Made by a program: the position numbers and the translations under genes
Notes under the pieces: generated by a model
The model's input: only the letters and a program-made list of their open reading frames with translations
Database searches by the model: none
What the model was told of the DNA's origin: nothing
In this document: piece after piece, positions 56,885 through 64,000 of the stretch
How positions within the stretch are numbered: the first letter of the stretch is position 1
Layout of the letters: each line of letters starts with the position of its first letter
NCBI GenBank assembly: GCA_934294885.1
Contig: CAKRAK010000005.1
Coordinates: forward strand, 9,535-73,534
DNA length: 64,000 bases
Source: an uncultured Lachnospiraceae bacterium
GTDB lineage: Bacteria; Bacillota; Clostridia; Lachnospirales; Lachnospiraceae
Direction: 5' to 3'

Positions 56885-57598
56885 ATGAAACAGATTTCAT
56901 TGGAAGAAGAATTAAAGAATAATACATACCCTGGAAGAGGTATTGTAATTGGTGTTTCAGAGGATGGCAAATATGCAGTAACGGCATACTTTATAATGGG
57001 AAGAAGTGAGAACAGCCGTAATCGCGTGTTCGTAGAGGAGGGACAGGGAATCCGTACCCAGGCCTTCGACCCTGCAAAGCTGGAAGACCCAAGCCTGATT
57101 ATATATGCACCTGTCCGGGTACTTGGCAATAAAACAATCGTAACCAACGGAGATCAGACGGATACCGTCTATGATGGATTAGATGAGGAGCTTACCTTTG
57201 AACAGTCGTTACGGACAAGACAGTATGAACCGGATGGCCCGAACTACACACCTCGTATTTCCGGTGTTATGCATATTGCAAAGGGTAAGTTTGATTATGC
57301 AATGTCTATTTTAAAGAGCAACAACGGAGACCCGGATTCCGATAACCGTTATACATTCAGCTACAATAATCCAAAAGCAGGACAGGGACGTTTCATTCAC
57401 ACCTATGCCCGCAATGAAGAGCCGCTCCCAAGCTTTGAGGGAGAACCAAAGTGGGTTGATATAAAGGGTGACATTGATTCCTTTACCAATATGGTATGGA
57501 ACAGCTTAAATGAGGACAACAAGGTATCCTTATTTGTCCGTTACATTGATATTGAAACCGGAAAATACGAATCCAGAATTGTGAATAAAAACAAATAA
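56885..57598 (+). CDS. IMP cyclohydrolase, PurO-like (archaeal type)
   Basis: N-terminal YPGRGIVIGVSEDGKYAVTAYFIMGRSENSRNR is characteristic of the PurO-like IMP cyclohydrolase family. Confidence 0.7.
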   Translation: MKQISLEEELKNNTYPGRGIVIGVSEDGKYAVTAYFIMGRSENSRNRVFVEEGQGIRTQAFDPAKLEDPSLIIYAPVRVLGNKTIVTNGDQTDTVYDGLDEELTFEQSLRTRQYEPDGPNYTPRISGVMHIAKGKFDYAMSILKSNNGDPDSDNRYTFSYNNPKAGQGRFIHTYARNEEPLPSFEGEPKWVDIKGDIDSFTNMVWNSLNEDNKVSLFVRYIDIETGKYESRIVNKNK

Positions 57599-57605
57599 GA
57601 AAAAT

Positions 57606-57657
57606 GAAAACCCTCGGATATTGGACAAAAAAACGATATTTGAGGGTTTTCTTTTTT
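57606..57657 (+). terminator. intrinsic terminator
   Basis: Stem gaaaaccctc / gagggttttc with a long loop, followed by a T6 run. Confidence 0.6.
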
Positions 57658-57840
57658 GGGGCTTGTGAAAATGTCATTTTTCAATAGGAAAAGCCTTTGA
57701 ATTTGTTTACAGAAAATAAAATCAATGATAAAATTACAATAATTGTTCGTGATTTTACAAGGGATTCCGTATTTCGGAATGGATCATAAAATACAACACG
57801 GAACAGACAAAATAACAATATTTTAGTGCGGGAGGTTGCT

Positions 57841-60159
57841 ATGAACGTAAAGATTGAACAGTGGATGAACTGGATTCTGTTTGATGAGTTAATGGATGGG
57901 AAAATTAATGCACCAAAACATATACTTGGTAATCATGATTATGGAGAAGGTCAGATGATTACTACTTACAAGCCACATTCGGAAAGTTGTAAGATAATTG
58001 CACCATCAGGAAAAACAGAATATGAGATGGAACAGGTTGATGAAAGAGGGTTTTATGCGTTATATCTTCCAAAGAAGAAGTTTAACGGAAGCAAATACCG
58101 GATTGTCACCAATTACAAGGATGGCTCTACCATAATCTCTGCAGATCCTTACAGCTTTGAGAATCAGATCGGAGAAATGGATATCTTCTTATTTTCAGAG
58201 GGTAATCATTGGGAAATTTACAAAAAACTGGGCGCACATCCGATGAAGTTAGATGGAGTGGCAGGAACTTATTTTGCTGTATGGGCTCCTCATGCCAGAA
58301 GAGTATCTGTGGTCGGTGACTTTAATATGTGGGACAGTGCCTTGCATCCGATGAATATGGTTGGAACCTCCGGCCTTTTTGAATTGTTTATTCCGGATGT
58401 TGCCGAGGATGCGGTATACAAATTCAATATATTAAGCCGTTACGGAGAAGAAATATTTAAGGCAGACCCATATGGAAACTGTACGCAGTTCAGACCGGAT
58501 AATGCAAATGTTGTTAAGGATATTACAAAATATCACTGGAAAGATGCAGCATGGATGGAGGAACGTAAAAAGGTCAGCCGTTCAGAGGCTATGAGAAAAC
58601 CGATTTCTATTTATGAGATGCATTTAGGCTCTTGGAAGAAGAAAAAGGAAGACGATGAAAATGGTTTCTATACATACAGAGAGCTGGCTCCTATGGTAGC
58701 GGATTATATTAATGAGATGGGGTATACCCATATTGAGTTAATGGGAATTGCCGAGTATCCTTTTGATGGCTCATGGGGATATCAGGTAACAAATTATTAT
58801 GCACCGACCCGTCGATATGGTGATCCGGAAGACTTTATGTACTTCATTGATTATATGCACAAAAAAGGTATCAGTGTTATTTTAGACTGGGTTCCTGCTC
58901 ATTTTCCAAAGGATGCTCACGGATTAGGCCGCTTTGATGGAATGCCTTTGTACGAGCATCCGGATCCAAGAAGAGGAGAACATCCGGACTGGGGTACTTA
59001 TATTTTTGATTACGGAAGAAATGAAGTATCCAACTTCCTGATTGCCAATGCACTGTTCTGGGCAAAGGAATACCATGTTGATGCATTACGTGTAGATGCC
59101 GTAGCGTCTATGTTATATCTTGACTACGGTAAACAGGATGGTAACTGGTTACCGAATGAAGACGGCGGTAATGAAAATTATGATGCAATCAAATTCTTAA
59201 TGAAGTTAAACAAAACAATTGAAGAATTGGAGCCGGGCGTGTTCGTCATTGCAGAGGAATCTACTTCATGGGCAGGTGTTACAGCTCCGGTTTCTATGGA
59301 TGGACTGGGCTTCCTGTTCAAATGGAACATGGGCTGGATGAATGATTTCCTTGAATATATGAAGCTGGATCCGTATTTCAGACAGTTTAATCATAATCGT
59401 TTAACCTTCAGTTTGATGTATGCATATTCCGAGAATTTTGTCCTTGTATTTTCACATGATGAAGTGGTTCATCTGAAGTGTTCTATGCTGAATAAGATGC
59501 CGGGACTTCATGATGACAAGTTTGCAAACCTTAGGGTTGCATACGGATTTATGTACGGACATCCGGGAAAGAAATTATTATTCATGGGCCAGGAATTTGC
59601 ACAGCTTAGAGAGTGGAGCGAAGCAAGAAGTCTTGACTGGTTCTTATTAGAAGGTGAGGATGCAGAAAGCCACAAGGGTATTCAGGCATATGTTAAGAAG
59701 TTAAATGAATTATACAACCGGTATGATGCTTTTTATTATAATGATCAGGATCCGATGGGATTTGACTGGATTTGCTGTGATGATCCGCAAAGTTCTATTA
59801 TCTCATTCATTCGTCGTGGTTCCACAGCAAAGAATCAGTTGTTGTTTGTATGCAACTTTACGCCGGTAGACCGGGATGGTTTTGTTGTCGGGGTGCCATG
59901 TGCCGGTAAGTATACAGAGATTTTGAATTCCGATGCTACAGAATTTGGCGGACAGGGCAGAGTAAACGGAACACCGATTGCCGCTGTGAAAGAACCATGG
60001 AATGGACAGGAATATTCGATTTCCATGCATTTGCCACCGCTTTCCGTTACCGTATTTCAGTATGATTATACAGACGGAACCGAGAAGAAGGCTTTACCGA
60101 AAAAGACAAATACAAAGGCTATTGCGGAACGTAAGTCTAACGAAACTAAGAAAAAATAG
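57841..60159 (+). CDS. glgB: 1,4-alpha-glucan branching enzyme
   Basis: GH13 motifs ILDWVPAHF, GLRVDAVASMLY and FVIAEEST. ATG at 57841 follows RBS GGGAGG. Lys-rich C-terminal tail. Confidence 0.9.
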   Translation: MNVKIEQWMNWILFDELMDGKINAPKHILGNHDYGEGQMITTYKPHSESCKIIAPSGKTEYEMEQVDERGFYALYLPKKKFNGSKYRIVTNYKDGSTIISADPYSFENQIGEMDIFLFSEGNHWEIYKKLGAHPMKLDGVAGTYFAVWAPHARRVSVVGDFNMWDSALHPMNMVGTSGLFELFIPDVAEDAVYKFNILSRYGEEIFKADPYGNCTQFRPDNANVVKDITKYHWKDAAWMEERKKVSRSEAMRKPISIYEMHLGSWKKKKEDDENGFYTYRELAPMVADYINEMGYTHIELMGIAEYPFDGSWGYQVTNYYAPTRRYGDPEDFMYFIDYMHKKGISVILDWVPAHFPKDAHGLGRFDGMPLYEHPDPRRGEHPDWGTYIFDYGRNEVSNFLIANALFWAKEYHVDALRVDAVASMLYLDYGKQDGNWLPNEDGGNENYDAIKFLMKLNKTIEELEPGVFVIAEESTSWAGVTAPVSMDGLGFLFKWNMGWMNDFLEYMKLDPYFRQFNHNRLTFSLMYAYSENFVLVFSHDEVVHLKCSMLNKMPGLHDDKFANLRVAYGFMYGHPGKKLLFMGQEFAQLREWSEARSLDWFLLEGEDAESHKGIQAYVKKLNELYNRYDAFYYNDQDPMGFDWICCDDPQSSIISFIRRGSTAKNQLLFVCNFTPVDRDGFVVGVPCAGKYTEILNSDATEFGGQGRVNGTPIAAVKEPWNGQEYSISMHLPPLSVTVFQYDYTDGTEKKALPKKTNTKAIAERKSNETKKK

Positions 60160-60354
60160 AAAATGCCATTGTGATATATTACGAGAAATGCATAAAAATT
60201 GTGTGAAATATCGTCATTTTTCAACTGCGATTTTAATGGAAAACGGTTGAAAGCATGTTTTTAGTATGCTAAACTTGTTAGCGTTGCGTATAATTGTTGA
60301 ATATTTGGTAATGATTATTCAACAGACAGATGATAATAGGAATGAGGTTTTCAA

Positions 60355-62187
60355 ATGCGAATGACAAGAGACGATATTCGTAATGTAGCAATTATTGCCC
60401 ATGTAGACCATGGTAAAACAACATTAGTAGACGAATTATTAAAACAGAGTGGTGTATTTAGAGAGAATCAGGAAGTAGCGGAACGAGTTATGGATTCCAA
60501 TGACATCGAGCGGGAACGAGGAATTACGATTCTGTCTAAAAATACAGCAGTACATTATAAAAATACAAAAATTAATATTATTGATACTCCGGGACATGCG
60601 GACTTTGGTGGAGAAGTAGAACGTGTTCTTAAGATGGTAAACGGTGTAATTCTTGTTGTAGATGCTTTTGAGGGTGCGATGCCTCAGACCAAATTTGTTT
60701 TAAAAAAAGCACTGGAATTGAATTTGGCTGTTATCGTATGTGTGAATAAAATCGACAGACCGGAAGCCCGTGTTGAGGAAGTGGAAGAAGAGGTTTTGGA
60801 ATTGCTTCTTGATCTGGAAGCTACGGATGAACAGTTGGACTGTCCGTTTGTTTATGCTTCTGCAAGGGATGGTGTGGCGAAGCTGAATATGGATGATGAG
60901 GCAAAGGATATGTCTCCGTTATTTGAGACAATTCTTTCTCACATTCCGGCACCGGAAGGAGATCCGGAGGCAGATACACAGGTTCTGATTTCTACAATCG
61001 ACTATAATGAATATGTAGGTCGTATCGGAGTAGGAAAGATTGACAACGGAAGTCTCAAATTAAATCAAGAGGTATTACTTGTTAATTATAATGATGAGAC
61101 AAAGAACAAAAAAGTTAAGATCAGTAAATTATATGAATTTGAAGGCTTGGATAAGGTTGAAGTGAAAGAAGCCGGTATTGGTTCTATTGTTGCTATTTCC
61201 GGTATTGCAGACATTCATATCGGAGATACTTTATGTGATGTGGATCATCCGGATCCGATTCCGTTCCAGAAAATTTCTGAGCCGACAATTTCTATGAACT
61301 TTATGGTAAATGATTCTCCTCTCGCAGGAAAAGAGGGAAAGTTTGTTACATCCAGACATTTAAGAGATCGTTTGTTCAAAGAGCTGAATACAGATGTATC
61401 CCTGCGGGTTGAGGAGACAGAAGGAACCGATACTTATAAGGTATCCGGAAGAGGAGAGCTTCATTTGTCGGTTCTGATCGAGAATATGCGTCGTGAAGGT
61501 TATGAATTTGCCGTCAGTAAAGCGGAGGTTATTTACAAGAAGGATGAGAATGGAAAGAAGTTAGAGCCTATGGAGATTGCATACATTGATGTGCCGGAGG
61601 AATTTTCCGGAACGATTATCAGTATGCTGAATGAACGAAAGGGTGAGCTTCAGGCTATGAGTCCGGCTCATGACGGAACCGTTCATCTGGAGTTTAACAT
61701 TCCGGCCAGAGGTTTGATTGGTTTCCGTGGAGACTTTATGACGTCAACAAAGGGAACCGGAATTATTAATACAATTTTTGATTCTTACGGACCATATAAG
61801 GGTGATATGATGTATCGTAGTCAGGGTTCTTTGATTGCATTTGAATCCGGTACATCCATAACCTACGGTTTGTATAATGCACAAGACAGGGGAACCTTGT
61901 TTATCGGACCGGGAGAGGCTGTATATGCCGGTATGGTAATCGGTCAGACCGGTAAAGCAGAGGATATAGAGATTAATGTATGTAAGGCAAAGCACCTGAC
62001 GAATACCCGTTCTTCAGGGGCGGATGAAGCTTTAAAATTAACGCCTCCTAAGGTTTTAAGCTTAGAGCAGGCACTTGAATTTATTGATACGGATGAGTTG
62101 TTGGAGATTACACCGGAACATATCCGGATTCGTAAGAAAATCCTTGATCCAACACTTCGTAAGCGTGCAAGAATTAACGGAAAGTAA
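60355..62187 (+). CDS. typA: translational GTPase TypA/BipA
   Basis: G1 [14 protein letters not shown]3 [11 protein letters not shown] and G4 NKID. About 610 aa. Confidence 0.9.
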   Translation: MRMTRDDIRNVAIIAHVDHGKTTLVDELLKQSGVFRENQEVAERVMDSNDIERERGITILSKNTAVHYKNTKINIIDTPGHADFGGEVERVLKMVNGVILVVDAFEGAMPQTKFVLKKALELNLAVIVCVNKIDRPEARVEEVEEEVLELLLDLEATDEQLDCPFVYASARDGVAKLNMDDEAKDMSPLFETILSHIPAPEGDPEADTQVLISTIDYNEYVGRIGVGKIDNGSLKLNQEVLLVNYNDETKNKKVKISKLYEFEGLDKVEVKEAGIGSIVAISGIADIHIGDTLCDVDHPDPIPFQKISEPTISMNFMVNDSPLAGKEGKFVTSRHLRDRLFKELNTDVSLRVEETEGTDTYKVSGRGELHLSVLIENMRREGYEFAVSKAEVIYKKDENGKKLEPMEIAYIDVPEEFSGTIISMLNERKGELQAMSPAHDGTVHLEFNIPARGLIGFRGDFMTSTKGTGIINTIFDSYGPYKGDMMYRSQGSLIAFESGTSITYGLYNAQDRGTLFIGPGEAVYAGMVIGQTGKAEDIEINVCKAKHLTNTRSSGADEALKLTPPKVLSLEQALEFIDTDELLEITPEHIRIRKKILDPTLRKRARINGK

Positions 62188-62200
62188 TAAGCAAGAGAAG

Positions 62201-62233
62201 GACAGGAATTATATGTTATAATTCCTGTTTTTC
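62201..62233 (+). terminator. intrinsic terminator after typA
   Basis: Stem acaggaattat / ataattcctgt followed by a T5 run. Confidence 0.85.
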
Positions 62234-62282
62234 TAAGTATTGCGTTTTATGAGAATCTGACAATATAGATTAAGGAGGGACG

Positions 62283-63221
62283 ATGGACGGAATCAGTTTA
62301 CGAGGAAGAACTGCAAGACATCTTGTAGAGGTCGCACATAATTTCCCGTTGCTTCGGGACAAGGTGAATAATGGAGAAAACAGACAGAAATTATATGAAA
62401 AGGAAAAACAATGGATATGTCCTGAGCATTTAAGTCTGGAACAGATTGACATGCCTGATTTTCAAATGGAAAAATTAACATCGGTCATAAAATCTCCTGA
62501 TATAGCAGATGGTATCATCATTCAGTTACATGGTGGTGGTTACTACGGTCCGATTCATAATATATATAGAGATATGGCAGCCCTTTATGTGGAAGTGAGT
62601 GACGGAATGCCGGTTTTGAGTGTGGATTACAGGGTTGCTCCCGATAATCCCTATCCGGCGGCATTAAATGATGCACTTACCGCCTATAAATGGGTATTAA
62701 ATGAAGGTTATGAGCCTTCCAGAATTATAATTGTGGGAGATTCTGCCGGTGGCGGTCTTGCACTTGCAGTGGGACATTATCTAAAGGATCATAATATGCC
62801 TTTTCCGGCAGGTTTTGTGGTAATGTCGCCATGGACGGATCTGGCACTTACCGGTGACAGTTATCAGGATAATTTTGAGATAGATCCAATATTTGGTGGT
62901 ACGAAGGAAAGTCTCGTTTTTCAAAATGAATACTACCGTCTGGATTATCCGGAGAATCCTTACATATCCCCCCTTTATGGAAGCTTTGAAGATTTTCCAC
63001 CGATGCTGATACAAGTAGGAGATATGGAAATGCTGTTAAGTGATTCCCTGCGGGTTGCAGAAAAAGCAAAGCAGGCAGGCTGTCTTGTAAAGCTGCATGT
63101 CTTTGAGGGAATGTTTCATGATTTCCAGATGGGTCTGCTTTATTATCCGGAGTCAAAAAGTGCCTGGATCGAAGTAGGCAGGTATATACGATATATAAAG
63201 AGGGATTGGGAAAATGTTTAA
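62283..63221 (+). CDS. alpha/beta-hydrolase fold-3 esterase/lipase (HSL-like)
   Basis: HGGGY oxyanion motif and nucleophile elbow GDSAGG. Strong RBS AGGAGG. Confidence 0.85.
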   Translation: MDGISLRGRTARHLVEVAHNFPLLRDKVNNGENRQKLYEKEKQWICPEHLSLEQIDMPDFQMEKLTSVIKSPDIADGIIIQLHGGGYYGPIHNIYRDMAALYVEVSDGMPVLSVDYRVAPDNPYPAALNDALTAYKWVLNEGYEPSRIIIVGDSAGGGLALAVGHYLKDHNMPFPAGFVVMSPWTDLALTGDSYQDNFEIDPIFGGTKESLVFQNEYYRLDYPENPYISPLYGSFEDFPPMLIQVGDMEMLLSDSLRVAEKAKQAGCLVKLHVFEGMFHDFQMGLLYYPESKSAWIEVGRYIRYIKRDWENV

Positions 63222-64000
63222 GATTACAAATTATTTAAAGGAGTATAAAAAAGAAAGTATTATCGCTCCTCTGTTTAAAATGTTAGAGGCAAGCTTTGAG
63301 TTATTGGTGCCTCTTGTTATGTCCGCAATCGTGGAAACCGGTATCAAAAATCAGGATACGGGCTATATCGCCAAGATGGGGGGCATTCTCGTTTTGTTAG
63401 CCGTAGTCGGATTGACATGTTCCATTGTTGCCCAGTATTTTGCGGCAAAGGCAGCAATCGGATTTGGTAAAAATGTAAGACGGGATCTGTTTGCTCATAT
63501 CAACCGCTTATCATATCAGGAATTGGATCAGGCGGGAACTTCCACACTGATTACAAGAATGACAAATGATATTAACCAGATGCAGTCAGGCGTTAATATG
63601 TTCTTACGATTGTTCTTACGTTCTCCCTTTATTGTATTTGGTGCTATGATCATGGCATTTGTGGTGGATGTTAAGGCTGCTATGGTATTCGTGGTAGCAA
63701 TTCCTTTGTTGTCCATTGTTGTATTCGGAATCATGCTTTATTCCATTCCCTTGTATCAGAAGGTTCAAAAGGCTGTGGACAGAGTTTTGTTGATTACAAG
63801 AGAAAATCTTGCCGGTGCAAGAGTCATCCGGGCGTTCAATCGTCAGCAGGATGAGAAAACAGATTTCAGAGAGGGAAGTGAAACGCTTTATAAAATCCAG
63901 ATGTTTGTGGGAAAAGTATCTGCGGTTATGAATCCGGTAACCTATATTATTGTGAATGTAGCAATTATTGCGATTATCTGGGTCAGTGGAATCAGGGTAA
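63214..64000 (+). CDS. ABC exporter permease/ATPase, N-terminal part (3' end outside the window)
   Basis: Not in the ORF track because no stop occurs in the window. The ATG at 63214 overlaps the esterase stop (ATGTTTAA). The frame encodes a type-I exporter TMD (MFKITNYLKEYKKESIIAPLFKMLEASFELLVPLVM...). Confidence 0.8.
   Translation, partial: MFKITNYLKEYKKESIIAPLFKMLEASFELLVPLVMSAIVETGIKNQDTGYIAKMGGILVLLAVVGLTCSIVAQYFAAKAAIGFGKNVRRDLFAHINRLSYQELDQAGTSTLITRMTNDINQMQSGVNMFLRLFLRSPFIVFGAMIMAFVVDVKAAMVFVVAIPLLSIVVFGIMLYSIPLYQKVQKAVDRVLLITRENLAGARVIRAFNRQQDEKTDFREGSETLYKIQMFVGKVSAVMNPVTYIIVNVAIIAIIWVSGIRV

Overview
This window looks like a chromosomal segment from a low-GC, motile Clostridia-type Firmicute; the Lachnospiraceae-like assignment is inference from gene content only. 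It is almost entirely housekeeping and accessory metabolism, with no phage, transposase, CRISPR, tRNA or rRNA genes.

Gene content, in order:
- 3' end of a chemotaxis receptor gene
- CIRCE-controlled hsp20
- F1Fo ATP synthase operon (atpB-E-F-[H-A fusion]-G-D-C)
- lysophospholipase-like hydrolase
- HisKA_3 kinase / LuxR regulator / TtcA-like operon, divergent from an ABC-2 transporter operon
- YkgJ-type Cys-cluster protein
- D-2-hydroxyacid dehydrogenase
- pyrF-pyrK-pyrD-pyrE
- lipoprotein, polysaccharide deacetylase and an orphan membrane protein
- pyridoxal kinase, divergent from an ECF S-component plus class-V aminotransferase
- type III glutamine synthetase
- ParB/Srx-like::BMP fusion gene overlapping a metallophosphoesterase gene
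- topoisomerase III
- FMN riboswitch followed by ribD-dabb-ribE-ribBA (no ribH)
- double-ATPase dehydratase-activase-like pair
- second chemotaxis receptor
- HtrA
- two GGDEF proteins
- marR plus a heterodimeric ABC exporter
- PurO-type IMP cyclohydrolase, glgB, typA, an esterase, and the start of another ABC exporter

The most unusual signals are non-coding or architectural:
1. A family of about 210-nt long-hairpin repeats occurs in three copies, all with the core on the + strand and all intergenic. Each ends 33-38 nt from a start codon. Compensatory substitutions and +-strand G-U wobbles preserve the helices.
2. An array of 2.7 copies of a 93-94-nt structured unit is inserted between the FMN riboswitch terminator and ribD. 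It also shows a compensatory double substitution.
3. ATP synthase delta (OSCP) and alpha are fused in frame, which conflicts with the 1:3 delta:alpha stoichiometry.
4. A cytoplasmic ParB/Srx-like::BMP fusion gene overlaps a metallophosphoesterase gene.

All functional calls are by-eye motif recognition; no database search was possible.
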